Shown here piece by piece: positions 8,819-19,739 of a stretch of 64,000 nucleotides of DNA. Every line of letters starts with the position of its first letter. Within the stretch, counting starts at the first letter, position 1. The notes beneath the pieces were generated by a model, which saw only the letters and a list, made by a program, of their open reading frames with translations, was not told the DNA's origin and made no database searches. The DNA is taken from positions 32,001-96,000 of the forward strand of contig JBKHIT010000010.1 of the NCBI GenBank assembly GCA_046538485.1. Reading direction: 5' to 3'. A program made the position numbers and the translations under genes. The stretch is from Candidatus Brocadiia bacterium. Its GTDB lineage: Bacteria; Planctomycetota; Brocadiia; SM23-32.

Positions 8819-10582
8819 ATGCCTTCCGAGAAGATGGAGATAGTTCTCGCGGAGAACGCGGGGTTTTGTATGGGCGTCCGTCGGGCCTTGAATCTCACGC
8901 TCGAAGCCGCGAATGATCCGCAGAATCCCCGTCCGATCGCCACCCACGGTCCTCTCATCCACAATCGTCAGGTGCTCAAAGTCCTTGAAGAAAAAGGAGT
9001 AAAAATACTCGATGGCAAAGCTCAAAAAGCGGGGACAGTCGTGATTCGAGCCCACGGGATCTCCCCTGGCGAAAAAGAAAAACTAAAAGAACGCGCCGAA
9101 AAAGTTATTGATGCTACTTGCCCTCGCGTGCGCAATGTTCAGAAAATCGCCGCGAAATACAGTGATCAGGGCTATCAATGCGTTATTGTGGGTGACCGTG
9201 GTCACGCGGAAGTTGAAGGTGTGCTGAGCTACACCGGGGACAGCGGATTTGTCGTAAGCGACCCCAACCAGGTGGAAAATTTGCCCGAATTGGAACGCGT
9301 GGTTGTTGTTGCGCAAACGACCCAGGATGAACAGCTGTTTGAGCGCACCGTCGAACGCATGAACGCTCGTTACGATGATTGCCTCGTTTTTAACACGATC
9401 TGTCGGGCCACTCACAGACGACAGTCGGAAGCGAAAGAACTGGCTGGTCTCGTCGATTCCATGATCGTTGTTGGAGGTTACAACAGCGCCAATACCTGCC
9501 GGCTCGCCCAGATATGCGCCGCCACCGGAGCCACAACGTACCATGTGGAAACAGATGAAGAACTGCCGATTGAAAAGCTCCTCTTCTGCCAGCGGATCGG
9601 TATAACGGCGGGCGCATCGACACCAAACTGGATGATCCGACGCGTAATTCAACGTATAAAAACGGCCGATGAGCGGCGGCGTCGATCGTTTCGCTATCTG
9701 CTCCGTGAGATTTTGGCCATTCCGGTTTGGACAAATCTTCTGGTTGGGGGCGGTGCCTCGGCCGTAACCTTCATGAATGCAAGACTGATGAAGCTTCCAA
9801 AACAGAGTACCGGCGTGTGTATGGCGCTCGCATTTTTCTTCGTACTCTCTCAGCACCTTTTCAACCAGTACGCCCGCGGAGACACCGTGCATCGTTATCT
9901 AAGCGAACCCGGACGGGGCCTGTTTTTCCGGGCCAACTCCCGGACATTGGTTGCCTTCGGCGCGGCCTCTGGCGCGCTTGCCCTTTTTCTATCCATCCTG
10001 CTCGGATGGGCCGCCTTCGCCGTTGTCCTTCTCGGGACAGCAGGAGGGCTGCTTTATTGTCTTCCGGCGGGATCACGTCCGTACGCCTTTCTTGGGCTCC
10101 GTGCACTGCAACGCTTCCCCGGATCAAAAGAAGTATTCGTAGGACTGGCGTGGGCTTTCACAACCGCTCTCGTTCCCGTCCTTGCCGTGAGAGCCATGCC
10201 TCTGGGATGGCCCGGACTTGCCGTCGCGGGTGTTTTCACGTTCACACTGGCATTCCAAAGAGCATTACTTACAGATCTTCGCGACGTGGAAGGAGACCAG
10301 CTCGTCGGTCGAGAAACACTCGGCGTGGTTTTGGGGGAACGCTCCTGCCGGATATTACTTTCCGCAATTCCCCCTTTTCAAGCACTCCTGCTGTTTGCTG
10401 CAGGCATTCTCAACTGGACACCACCGGTCGCTTATGTTATGCTTTTCGTGGCGGCCTACGGGGGCCTCAGTTTCCAGCTCTTCCGCAGGGGTAAGCTGCC
10501 CCGCGCTGAACTGGGCGAGGCACTCATTGACACAAAGTTCTACCTTTGCGGGCTTCTCGCTTTCCTCCATCCCGTCTGGTAA
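8819..10582 (+). CDS. ispH: 4-hydroxy-3-methylbut-2-enyl diphosphate reductase (IspH) fused to a UbiA-like polytopic membrane domain
   Basis: AGFCMGV.RA, LIHN, RAHG, DATCP.V, H.EV, QTT, NTIC.AT..RQ, SANT, TAGASTP; C-terminal ~290 aa hydrophobic with DLRDVEGDQLVGRETL. Confidence 0.9.
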   Translation: MPSEKMEIVLAENAGFCMGVRRALNLTLEAANDPQNPRPIATHGPLIHNRQVLKVLEEKGVKILDGKAQKAGTVVIRAHGISPGEKEKLKERAEKVIDATCPRVRNVQKIAAKYSDQGYQCVIVGDRGHAEVEGVLSYTGDSGFVVSDPNQVENLPELERVVVVAQTTQDEQLFERTVERMNARYDDCLVFNTICRATHRRQSEAKELAGLVDSMIVVGGYNSANTCRLAQICAATGATTYHVETDEELPIEKLLFCQRIGITAGASTPNWMIRRVIQRIKTADERRRRSFRYLLREILAIPVWTNLLVGGGASAVTFMNARLMKLPKQSTGVCMALAFFFVLSQHLFNQYARGDTVHRYLSEPGRGLFFRANSRTLVAFGAASGALALFLSILLGWAAFAVVLLGTAGGLLYCLPAGSRPYAFLGLRALQRFPGSKEVFVGLAWAFTTALVPVLAVRAMPLGWPGLAVAGVFTFTLAFQRALLTDLRDVEGDQLVGRETLGVVLGERSCRILLSAIPPFQALLLFAAGILNWTPPVAYVMLFVAAYGGLSFQLFRRGKLPRAELGEALIDTKFYLCGLLAFLHPVW

Positions 10583-10636
10583 GTTCGCTTGAACAACAGG
10601 CGGTAAAACATCTTTTTTGGAAAGGTTATTCGGCCC

Positions 10637-11092
10637 ATGAAAATCGCTATTGGAGCCGATCACCGAGGCGTAAAATACAAAAACATGGTCAAAAAGATCC
10701 TGCAACAGCAAGGACACCACGTAAATGATTTCGGTACGGATTCTGAAGTTTCAACTGATTATCCCGACCATGCGTGTCCGGTCGCCTGTGCAGTAGCCGA
10801 GGGGGAAGTCGACCGAGGTGTGTTGATATGCGCCAGCGGAATCGGCATGTCGATCGCAGCCAACCGTTTTAAAGGTGTTCGTGGCACGCTCTGCCTGTCA
10901 GAAAAAATGGCTGAGACCGCGCGAACTCACAACAACTCCAATTTGCTCTGCCTTGCGCAAGATCTCATCGACGAAAGGACGGTCCGCAAAATTGTCGATA
11001 CATGGCTGACCACTGATTTTGAAGGCGGACGCCACGAGCGACGCCTCATTAAAGTCGATGAGCTTTGCGGGGAAGTGATCCGAAAGGACTGA
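10637..11092 (+). CDS. rpiB: Ribose-5-phosphate isomerase B
   Basis: IGADHRG, DYPD, ICASGIGMSIAANR, ARTHNNSN, FEGGRHERR. Confidence 0.95.
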   Translation: MKIAIGADHRGVKYKNMVKKILQQQGHHVNDFGTDSEVSTDYPDHACPVACAVAEGEVDRGVLICASGIGMSIAANRFKGVRGTLCLSEKMAETARTHNNSNLLCLAQDLIDERTVRKIVDTWLTTDFEGGRHERRLIKVDELCGEVIRKD

Positions 11093-11128
11093 CCTCCCGC
11101 CGGCGTCTGCGAACAATAAAAACCTAAA

Positions 11129-12127
11129 ATGGAAAACCTAAACCAGCAGGAACAACTCACTGATACCGAATTGGCCGAGAAAGTAGTGAATGAGCTTGAA
11201 CAAGTGAGAACCCAGATCGGGAAGGTGATCGTTGGACAGGAAAGCGTGATCGAGCTCCTGATGATCTCGCTCCTCTGCCGGGGGCACTCCCTTTTCGTAG
11301 GGGTACCTGGTCTTGCGAAAACGCTGCTCGTCAGTACTCTTTCACAGGTGCTGGATCTGAGTTTCAGCCGTATTCAATTTACTCCGGACCTCATGCCAGC
11401 CGATATCACCGGAACCGACGTGCTGGAACGCGATCCGGCCACAGGTGACAGATTTTTCAAATTTATCAAAGGACCGATCTTTGCCAATATTATCCTGGCC
11501 GACGAGATCAACCGTACCCCACCTAAAACCCAGGCGGCGTTGCTGGAATCAATGCAGGAATACAAGGTAACAGCGGGCGGGGAAACTTATGAGCTGGAGC
11601 CCCCTTTTCATGTTTTCGCCACCCAAAATCCGATCGAACAAGAGGGAACTTATCCCCTTCCTGAAGCTCAGCTCGACCGTTTTATGTTCCAGATAGATGT
11701 CGATTACCCGAGCGAAGAGGAAGAGATCCAAATCGTCAAGACAACAACTGTCTCCCGCATTCCCGACCTCGACCCCGTTATCGAACCGGAGACAATACTT
11801 CAGATACAGGATCTGGTTGAAAAGGTCCCCGCCAGTGACAGCGTTGTTCGCCATGCCGTTCAGATCGTCAAAAATTCTCGTCCCCAATCCAGCGATCCCA
11901 CCGAAAAAGTGCACCAGATGGTCAACTGGGGCGCCGGTCCCCGGGCCTCCCAATATCTCATCCTGGGGGCCAAAGCGCGCGCACTAATTCACGGACGTTA
12001 CGCGGCCAGCAAAGAAGATGTAAATGCCCTTGCCGTTCCGGTCCTTAAACACCGTATTATCACAAATTTCAGGGCCGAAGCAGAAGGTATTGGGGCCGCC
12101 GATATCATCAACGAACTTGCCCGTTGA
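11129..12127 (+). CDS. MoxR family AAA+ ATPase
   Basis: GVPGLAKT, RIQFTPDLMPADITG, LADEINRTPPKTQAALLE, ATQNPIEQEGTYPLPEAQLDRF. Confidence 0.93.
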   Translation: MENLNQQEQLTDTELAEKVVNELEQVRTQIGKVIVGQESVIELLMISLLCRGHSLFVGVPGLAKTLLVSTLSQVLDLSFSRIQFTPDLMPADITGTDVLERDPATGDRFFKFIKGPIFANIILADEINRTPPKTQAALLESMQEYKVTAGGETYELEPPFHVFATQNPIEQEGTYPLPEAQLDRFMFQIDVDYPSEEEEIQIVKTTTVSRIPDLDPVIEPETILQIQDLVEKVPASDSVVRHAVQIVKNSRPQSSDPTEKVHQMVNWGAGPRASQYLILGAKARALIHGRYAASKEDVNALAVPVLKHRIITNFRAEAEGIGAADIINELAR

Positions 12128-12189
12128 GCCGGGGCCTTGGCATTCCGCATTTCAACTCAATGGATAAGGTCGGCCGGCACAGTCTATAG

Positions 12190-12285
12190 CCCGGATTTTA
12201 CGGATAATTGGAAGGCATTCTTGCCCAATCAGGGTAGAATCTTTATTGAACACCGTTCATAACCCTTCTCAGCCAAAAATCCGGG
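12190..12285. mobile_element. MITE-like element family B, copy 1 (96 bp)
   Basis: Terminal inverted repeats CCCGGATTTT...AAAATCCGGG; its reverse complement aligns along its length with 47043-47139. Confidence 0.75.
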
Positions 12286-12388
12286 CCAGCATAAAACCCT
12301 CAGGCAGTTTTTGAAACGAGATAACTCCGACGCAAAAATCGCCCTGCCCAGGAGCTTATTGTCGACCTTACCTCAAGCGTCCAAAAGA

Positions 12389-13864
12389 TCATCGGCCTCG
12401 AATGTAAAGAAACTTAGCATGGCCGGTTCTTTGAGAAAGCACGCGCAACAATGCGCCTTTTTGGGGAGTGGTCTTGGCCACGAGTTTCTGAAACTCCGCC
12501 ACGCTTCGCACGGGTTTTCTCTGGATGCTCAGGATAACATCGCCGGCTTCGAGCGCGCGGGCAGGCCCGGCCTCCTCGACTTCAGCAATCACCACTCCGT
12601 GCAGATCCTCACGGCCGTAGGCTTCCTTAACCTCTTCAGTAACGGGCTTAACCTTAATGCCAAGCCAGTTATCCTGCGCTGTCTCCTCATACCGGGATAA
12701 CCTGGCAACTTCAATAGTAATGGTCTTGTGTTCCCCTTCTCGCCATACTTTGACCTTAACCTTCTGACCCGGTTCGGTGGCTGCCACAAAGCGACGTAAG
12801 TGGCTGAAATCCTTAACGGTTTCCCCATTCCACCCCACAATAATATCCCCCGCTTTCAGGCCAGCCTTCTGAGCCGGCGTATCGTCGAACACCTCGTTAA
12901 CAAGCGCTCCAGTATTGCCTTTATAGTCAAACTGTTCGGCCAATTCCGGCGTGAGGGAATCCCCGATGATGCCCAGGAAACCTCGCTCGACTTTTCGCCC
13001 CGCCATAAGGTCCTTGAGAATCGACTTGGCCATATTGACAGGGATTGCAAGCCCTATTCCCATATAGCCGCCGGTGCGGCTGACAATCGCCGTGTTAATG
13101 CCAACGATTTCCCCCTGCAGATTCACCAACGGTCCTCCGCTGTTACCGGGATTGATTGCCGCATCGGTCTGGATCATATTCTCGTATTTAGCAATCCCGA
13201 TGCCGCGCCCCTTTGCGCTCACAATGCCGGCACTGACGCTGTGGCTGAGGCCGAGGGGATTCCCGATCGCAATCACCCATTCGCCAACATGGAGCTTTTC
13301 GGAATCGCCCAGTTCGGCGACGGGAAGATTTTTGACTTTATCGCCCTGCAGTTTAATTACAGCCAGTTCGGTATCTGGATCCGCACCAGCCAACTTGGCT
13401 TTGAAGGTTCGCCCATCGGCCAGTTTAACTTCCAATTTGTCGGCGCCTTCCACCACATGGTTATTGGTAAGAATGTAACCTTCCGAATCAAAAATAACCC
13501 CCGAACCGAGTCCGCGTTTGCGGTATTCACGTTCCTGTGGTCCAAAAAAATCACGGAATTCGGGGCCGAAAAAACGACGGAACATAGGATCGTCCTGCCC
13601 GAAACCGGGCGTGCGATATTTAATAATTTTTTCAGCCTGAATCCAGACAACTGACGGCTGGACTTTCCGGGCTGTATAGCGGAACAACTGACTGAATTTT
13701 CGGGCGAATTCCCGTAACTCTTTAACCTCTTTTTCCGGGAGGACATCTTCCTGTTGAGCCGGAGCAGAACTGGCAGATTGTGGTGTCCGAAAAATGCCTC
13801 CGAGAGCCAAACCAAATGCAAGCACGATACTGATCAAAATCGCCACACCAAGATTCCTTCTCAT
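12389..13864 (-). CDS. degP: DegP/Do (HtrA) serine endopeptidase with two PDZ domains
   Basis: [29 protein letters not shown] catalytic motifs; signal peptide; two PDZ-like C-terminal regions. Confidence 0.92.
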   Translation of the reverse strand: MRRNLGVAILISIVLAFGLALGGIFRTPQSASSAPAQQEDVLPEKEVKELREFARKFSQLFRYTARKVQPSVVWIQAEKIIKYRTPGFGQDDPMFRRFFGPEFRDFFGPQEREYRKRGLGSGVIFDSEGYILTNNHVVEGADKLEVKLADGRTFKAKLAGADPDTELAVIKLQGDKVKNLPVAELGDSEKLHVGEWVIAIGNPLGLSHSVSAGIVSAKGRGIGIAKYENMIQTDAAINPGNSGGPLVNLQGEIVGINTAIVSRTGGYMGIGLAIPVNMAKSILKDLMAGRKVERGFLGIIGDSLTPELAEQFDYKGNTGALVNEVFDDTPAQKAGLKAGDIIVGWNGETVKDFSHLRRFVAATEPGQKVKVKVWREGEHKTITIEVARLSRYEETAQDNWLGIKVKPVTEEVKEAYGREDLHGVVIAEVEEAGPARALEAGDVILSIQRKPVRSVAEFQKLVAKTTPQKGALLRVLSQRTGHAKFLYIRGR

Positions 13865-14042
13865 CGCAAGTCTCCCTCACAAAAACGAACATTTTGATGG
13901 GTTATCGTCGATTCATGTCAAAAGCTTGAATAGTTCCTTCGCAAGGAAAGAGATCTCATATTTTAACCCATGAACCACCGGCCTGTAAAGCCGACTTAAG
14001 CCGCCAGCCGCCGGAATTTATCAGGATTTCTCTCTTTACTCG

Positions 14043-15098
14043 TTATTCCTGGCCTTCCTCGCCGGTGCCCTCGTCCAAAACTTCGTCGCTTTTCTCCGCC
14101 GCGTTTGATGATGCTTCTTGCTGTTTTTCTGAAACGGGATCTTCATTTTCGCCCGGCTCCTGCTGATCCCCTTCCATAGTTTCTTTGGCGCCTTCAGGCT
14201 TTTCGCCAATGGTCGACGTCCGACTTCTCCGACGATGAACCTTCCTTGGTGGTCGGTTCAGAATTTTATTCATAACAATCAAGACGACGACAACAATAAC
14301 CCCAAAAGCAATATAGGTAAGCCAGGGCGGGAATTTCTCCGCCAGCTTGGTAGTCGCCGGAACATGGTGTTTATACCGAACGCCACCGGTGATTGTTCGA
14401 GCCACGATAAGCGGATCGATTTGCCTCTTCCCCCCAACGCTTTTATAGCGGGTCAATTTGTAAAAGACACCGGTCAAGACAGCCTCCTGGCGGTCCGCAA
14501 GCTTCTCGGGTTTTCCCAAACAAATAAAAGTATATGAACGGTTGAATCTATCGTGTATCTGTCCTTCCCAGAGAAAATCAATACCCAGCTTTGAAAATTC
14601 GCCACTTTCATTTTTTTCCACCCGTCGGAGCGTGCCGCGCACCTCACAGACCCGCCCTCTGATCTGTTCTCGTCGTTTCTCCGTGGCAAAATCTTCGAAT
14701 TCGATGCTTCGATCGACCATCGCTTCCAGCTCTTCCTGAGTTTTCTCCTGCAGAACCTTCAGAACCTGAGCCATAATCCCTTGATCGACCCCCGTAGCCC
14801 CATCGATAGGTGGGGCTCCGTGGCGGTCCGGGTAAAGGACTATCGGTGAAATAAGCTGTGAGGGATGATCCTCGGCCTCAAACGCCATTGGCTGGGAAAG
14901 TTCATTGGCAGGAACATTCTGAGGGACAGAAATAGAAGTGACACGCCCCCCCCCGAGGACAAACTTATAGATAAAAACCGCCAGCAAAATAAGACCGGCA
15001 GCCACAATAATAATCATAATGTGACGGACTTTACGATTGAAACTGCGATTTTCATTTTCCAGCTTCTGCCGCAACTTATCCATTCGAATATCCTCCAA
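14043..15098 (-). CDS. Hypothetical membrane protein (2 TM, periplasmic domain, acidic tail)
   Basis: Long ORF with SD GGAGG; two hydrophobic helices; no recognised family. Confidence 0.65.
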   Translation of the reverse strand: MEDIRMDKLRQKLENENRSFNRKVRHIMIIIVAAGLILLAVFIYKFVLGGGRVTSISVPQNVPANELSQPMAFEAEDHPSQLISPIVLYPDRHGAPPIDGATGVDQGIMAQVLKVLQEKTQEELEAMVDRSIEFEDFATEKRREQIRGRVCEVRGTLRRVEKNESGEFSKLGIDFLWEGQIHDRFNRSYTFICLGKPEKLADRQEAVLTGVFYKLTRYKSVGGKRQIDPLIVARTITGGVRYKHHVPATTKLAEKFPPWLTYIAFGVIVVVVLIVMNKILNRPPRKVHRRRSRTSTIGEKPEGAKETMEGDQQEPGENEDPVSEKQQEASSNAAEKSDEVLDEGTGEEGQE

Positions 15099-15251
15099 AT
15101 AATCCCCGCTTCAATCGCGGGACTCGGGTCTCCACAGTTTCACTATACCGGATCGCGCCACAAAGGCCAAAGGGCGGAAACATACAAACTGTTTCAAAAT
15201 CCTCTTCGCGTGGGCCCCGTCCCCAACAACAACCCAAGAGGGCCAAGAACC

Positions 15252-15279
15252 TTGAAAGGCTTAAAAATACAAGTATAAT
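15252..15279 (+). promoter_or_regulatory. Candidate sigma70 promoter for the large TPR gene
   Basis: TTGAAA, 16 nt spacer, TATAAT in the divergent intergenic region. Confidence 0.45.
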
Positions 15280-15399
15280 AAAGGCGAAGATACGATTGTC
15301 TTTTTCTACGTGAGTATTGAAATACTGACTCGCGATCTTCTCTGGAAACCAATCTCTGAAAATATGCAGCCAAAAAAATAAGATTCAGGAGGGATTCAA

Positions 15400-18300
15400 A
15401 TGCGTCACCCTTCGCGGTTGATGTTGGTCATCATCGTGGCGGCCGGTTTCTTTTTGCCGAGCATTGCCCGAGCAGGCAGCGGGACAGATCAGCCTCACCC
15501 TGAGCTTCTATTTGCACTGGAGCTGGAACGAATGGGGTACGGCGATTTCGCTGTAGATCAGCTCGTACGGACCCGGACGCGGGAGTTTGTCCCAAAACTG
15601 GTGAGAATAAAAGCCTCAAAATGGTTGGGGGAAATCTGTAAAAATCTGGCCGAAAAAGCCGAGCAACAGGGACGATTTCCAGACAAGAAAGATTATCACG
15701 AAAAGGCAATAAAGTGGTATGGTAAATACCTCAGTGAACATCAAGCTTACCTCAAAAACAACAATCAGGAACAGACAACAAAACACCGAGAAGAATACGC
15801 TCTCGTCCGCTACGAGCGGGGGACCATCGGGGCGGATCTCGGCGGTGACGCTATCAAAAGCATGAAAGGCACCACCGATGAAGAAGAAAAACTGCAGTAC
15901 AAAAGCGAGGCGATCGACTATTTCGGACAGGCTGTAGAGGACCTGAAAAAGGGCAAAGATTATCTCGTAAAATGGCGGAAACAGATCGATGAGGGGGCGA
16001 AAAGCGACGCCCAGAAAGAACTCCTTCACCAGATCCGTCAAAAAGCAGGCCGAGCCCAGATGCAATACGGGCAAGCGCTCTATGAATATGCCCGGTTGTG
16101 GGAAGGCGAAAAGAAAAAGAAAGAGCATGACAAAAAGTTAAAAGAGGCCATCGAGGTTTTTAAAAGTGTAGCTGATTACTACCGGTTGTTTGCAATCCGT
16201 TACAAGGCCTATCGGCAGATGGGATTGAGCTATTGTGAACTCGGCGACTTCAAAAAATCCGTCGAATACCTCAATAAAGCTCTCAGCGTATCGGAAATCC
16301 CCGACACGATTTGGATTATCCGCCTCGCCCTTTTCAATCTGGCTCAGACATATAACGCCTGGGGCAAACAGGTCAAAGAAACCAAAAAAAACAAACCAGG
16401 CGAGTGGGGGGAAAAATACAGCAAAGCCGATATTGCCTGTGCCAGTGGTATCCAAAAAATAAATAAAGACATCTGGCAAAAAGAAGTGCAGGGAACCGGA
16501 ACACGAGATCTTCGAGATATGCTCTTTGCTTTTTGGCTCGAAAAAGGCACTGCCAATGTGGGCCATTCCCTGTACATGCTCACAAAAGCCGAAGACGCGA
16601 AAAAGAAAAAAAGAAAAGTCCTCTACAAAAAATATCAGGATCAAGCAAAACGAGAATTCCGGTGGGCCGTGGAAAAAGCAATGGAAGTTTCAAAAACCAG
16701 AGGTACCCGCTGGTCCCGGAATGCAGAAGTAAAATACGACAAATGGCTCGAAATGAGCAAGACGTTCTTCCCGCCCGACGGTATAAAAATCCGTCCCAAC
16801 ATCCATACCTACATGGCTGAAGGCCGACGGTTGTTCGAAAACGAAAAGTACATGGAATGTATTCCGAAATTCCAGGAAGCCATTAAAAGAGGTAGCGCAG
16901 CTTACTATAAGACCCTTTTACCGGAAGCCTGGTACCAGATGGGGGTCGCTTATTACAACCTCTCAAAACCGGCACACACCGGCGGACAATACACCTACTA
17001 CTACGAAGCAGGTTTGTGTTTCGACCATATTGTGGACAAATACGAAAAAGCCAACTTCGCCTCCGACGCTGCCTACTACGGCGCCCAAATATACGGAGCA
17101 ATCTATAAAAACACCCGTGAGAAAGTCTCCAAAGGTTACCTGCAAAAAACGAAAGAGATGACCGAGCAACTGGCTGATGATGCCTTACGTTACGACGGTG
17201 TCCGTTACTACCGTGCGTTGCATAATTTTATTGACAAATTCCCGGATGATCCACGCAGGAACCGTACGAGGTTCCAGGTCGCAGAACTCGCAAGAACACT
17301 TGAAAACTACCGGGAAGCCAGCACGATGTATGCAAAAATTAAGAAAGAACACCCTAAGTTCTACGAAGCCCGGTATCGGGCCGGACTGTGTCTCTATCTG
17401 CAATCCCTCAAAAGCTACGAAGAAACTGTCAATCCTCGTAAAGAAGACCGGCGAGAAACGCTGAAACAAGAAATACGAAAAAAGAGAGAAAAGCTCTCGC
17501 CGGAAGATCTCCAGAAAGCTGTCGAAGAAAAACTCAAGAAATTGCCCGAGATCAAACTGAAAGATGTGGAAGCAGAAAAACTGGGCGAACTAATGGACCG
17601 GGCAGTCACCCGCTATCAAGATTTCATTGCCTGGTTCGATAATAACAAAACCAGACTCGGGGTCGAAGGGCTCCAGACGGCTAACAAATGGGTCGCGCGG
17701 ACAAAAGTTTCGCTGGGCAAGCTGCTCATTCACAAAGTTTGGGGCTTGACCCACGATGCCAAAAAAGGCGCCGAACAGGCTCTGGAAGTCCTGCAGGATG
17801 TCCGGAGTAAACATTTCGAAGGGGCCGGGCGGGACAAACTCCGGGAAGATTACCTGCCCAAAGCCTATATGGTTATTATTCAAGCCTACCGTCGACTCGA
17901 CAAACTCGGTGGTGCCGAAAAATTCGTGGACGGATTAGTCAAAGAAGCCAGAGACAACCCGGGAAACGACAATCTTAAGAAAATTGCTTCACAGGCGTGT
18001 AGCCTGCTTGGGTATGCCTATCTGCAAAGGCGAAAAGACTACGAGAAAGAGGGACCAACAGGCATCAAAATACGGGACGCTGCCGAGAAAGCAGGAACAT
18101 TCCTCCAGAAAGCCCTCACACTCGATCCCGAACAGGATATAACTGTCTACCGCGACACGGCTTCACAGCTGTACCAACTTGAAGAATACAAACATGCCGT
18201 GAGACTCCTCGAAGAAGGACTCAACCAGTATAAAATCGACGAAGACAAAGGCCCCACCGGAGCACAACAAGACGTCCTGGTATTGCTGGAAGATTGTTAT

Positions 18301-18882
18301 CTACAAATGGAAGACTGGTTTAAGGTTGAAGAAAAGGCCAAAGAGCTCCTCGAAATTGAAAAAGCAAAAAACGAAAAACGCGAAGCAGCAGGGGAACCTC
18401 TCCTGCGAAATGTGGACTTCCGCTATGATCTCGCTTTCGCCCTTGAGAACCAAGAAAACTACGACGAAGCCGTCGAGTGGTGGCGCGAAGTAAAAACCAT
18501 CGCTAAAAATATGGAAGGCGCCGAAGGGGAAAAAATAAAATTCCAGTCCACTACGCATCTGGCAAAATCTTATGCCGCGGGAGGTAGAATCGATAGAGGT
18601 TACAAAATACTTGCCTGGTATCTGATCGCTTCCGCAGAATGGCTCAGCCATACGGACTGGAAGAATGAAATCGAACGACTCTTCGACCTGTACTTCCCAG
18701 ATAAATACGGGAAACTTAAGGAATACACATTCAATAAAATCAGAGCCGACAAGAAACTCTTGCTGCGTAAAGACAGCAGAAAAATCATCGATCAATTGGT
18801 TAATGACCACTGGCCAGAAGAGAAAAAGACAATCGAACAGTGGCGTAAAGAAGTCGGCGGAGAATTGGGGACCGGCGAATAA
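15400..18882 (+). CDS. Large exported TPR/alpha-solenoid protein (1160 aa, Lys/Glu-rich)
   Basis: Signal peptide ending ARA; SD AGGAGG; multiple TPR-like motifs (AWYQMG.AYY, ARYRAG.CLY). Confidence 0.75.
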   Translation: MRHPSRLMLVIIVAAGFFLPSIARAGSGTDQPHPELLFALELERMGYGDFAVDQLVRTRTREFVPKLVRIKASKWLGEICKNLAEKAEQQGRFPDKKDYHEKAIKWYGKYLSEHQAYLKNNNQEQTTKHREEYALVRYERGTIGADLGGDAIKSMKGTTDEEEKLQYKSEAIDYFGQAVEDLKKGKDYLVKWRKQIDEGAKSDAQKELLHQIRQKAGRAQMQYGQALYEYARLWEGEKKKKEHDKKLKEAIEVFKSVADYYRLFAIRYKAYRQMGLSYCELGDFKKSVEYLNKALSVSEIPDTIWIIRLALFNLAQTYNAWGKQVKETKKNKPGEWGEKYSKADIACASGIQKINKDIWQKEVQGTGTRDLRDMLFAFWLEKGTANVGHSLYMLTKAEDAKKKKRKVLYKKYQDQAKREFRWAVEKAMEVSKTRGTRWSRNAEVKYDKWLEMSKTFFPPDGIKIRPNIHTYMAEGRRLFENEKYMECIPKFQEAIKRGSAAYYKTLLPEAWYQMGVAYYNLSKPAHTGGQYTYYYEAGLCFDHIVDKYEKANFASDAAYYGAQIYGAIYKNTREKVSKGYLQKTKEMTEQLADDALRYDGVRYYRALHNFIDKFPDDPRRNRTRFQVAELARTLENYREASTMYAKIKKEHPKFYEARYRAGLCLYLQSLKSYEETVNPRKEDRRETLKQEIRKKREKLSPEDLQKAVEEKLKKLPEIKLKDVEAEKLGELMDRAVTRYQDFIAWFDNNKTRLGVEGLQTANKWVARTKVSLGKLLIHKVWGLTHDAKKGAEQALEVLQDVRSKHFEGAGRDKLREDYLPKAYMVIIQAYRRLDKLGGAEKFVDGLVKEARDNPGNDNLKKIASQACSLLGYAYLQRRKDYEKEGPTGIKIRDAAEKAGTFLQKALTLDPEQDITVYRDTASQLYQLEEYKHAVRLLEEGLNQYKIDEDKGPTGAQQDVLVLLEDCYLQMEDWFKVEEKAKELLEIEKAKNEKREAAGEPLLRNVDFRYDLAFALENQENYDEAVEWWREVKTIAKNMEGAEGEKIKFQSTTHLAKSYAAGGRIDRGYKILAWYLIASAEWLSHTDWKNEIERLFDLYFPDKYGKLKEYTFNKIRADKKLLLRKDSRKIIDQLVNDHWPEEKKTIEQWRKEVGGELGTGE

Positions 18883-18899
18883 GCCAGGAGCAATAAATT

Positions 18900-19739
18900 A
18901 TGGACCGTTTCCCGCGAACAACCGTCGGCGGCGTCTCACTCCCTCGACTCATTTGTGGCAGCAACTGGTTTCTCGGGTTCTCCCACACCAGCCAGGCAAA
19001 AAACCGTTTCATAAAAGAACTGTTCGACACCTCGGACAAAATCGCCGACCTGCTCGAGGTCTTCGCGCGACATGGCTGCAACGCCGTCATGGCCGGCCCC
19101 GTCCAAATGCTGTCGGACGCGATTGAAAAGGTCGAACAACGCACCGGTGAACCGTTCATCTACATCTGCACCCCCAGTTACAAAGACATGTCCGACCCTG
19201 ACACGTGGAAACCAGCCGTCGAAGAAACCAAAAAGATGAACGCCACATTCTGCTTTCCCCACCAGTGTGTCACCGACCCACGCCTCGACCGGGTCAACAA
19301 AAGTCTATCCCCCCAGCTCGAAGAACACCTCCAGTTCGTTCGCGAAATGGAGATGATCCCCGGACTCAGCACCCATAGCCCCGAAGCTATCGTCTGCTCC
19401 GACCAGAGCGGAGCCGACGTCGAATCGTACGTCCAACCCTACAACGCCGCCGGGTTCCTCTGTCAGGTCGAAACCGACTGGGTGCAGGAAATAATTCAAA
19501 ATGCGGAAAAACCGGTCATGACCATCAAACCGCTCGCCGCCGGACGCCTGCTCCCGCCGACCGGCCTGAGTTTCGTCTGGAATACAATTAGAGACTGCGA
19601 TATGGTCACAGTCGGCACCCTCAATGAATATGAGGCCGAGGAAGATATCGAAATCAGCCTGGCATGCCTGGAAAAACGAAAGGCCAGCGTTGAACTCCAA
19701 ACCACCCGAAGCAAAAAATCCATCCAGAAAGACCAATGA
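18900..19739 (+). CDS. Aldo/keto-reductase-like TIM-barrel protein
   Basis: PRTTVGGVSLPRLICG.N.F.G.SH, PGLSTH, KPVMTIKPLAAGRL typical of truncated AKR-like family; SD AGGAG. Confidence 0.65.
   Translation: MDRFPRTTVGGVSLPRLICGSNWFLGFSHTSQAKNRFIKELFDTSDKIADLLEVFARHGCNAVMAGPVQMLSDAIEKVEQRTGEPFIYICTPSYKDMSDPDTWKPAVEETKKMNATFCFPHQCVTDPRLDRVNKSLSPQLEEHLQFVREMEMIPGLSTHSPEAIVCSDQSGADVESYVQPYNAAGFLCQVETDWVQEIIQNAEKPVMTIKPLAAGRLLPPTGLSFVWNTIRDCDMVTVGTLNEYEAEEDIEISLACLEKRKASVELQTTRSKKSIQKDQ

Noticed and set aside
11129..12127. MoxR-DUF58-VWA chaperone operon
   Set aside because: No DUF58 or VWA genes adjacent; moxR is followed by a MITE and convergent degP
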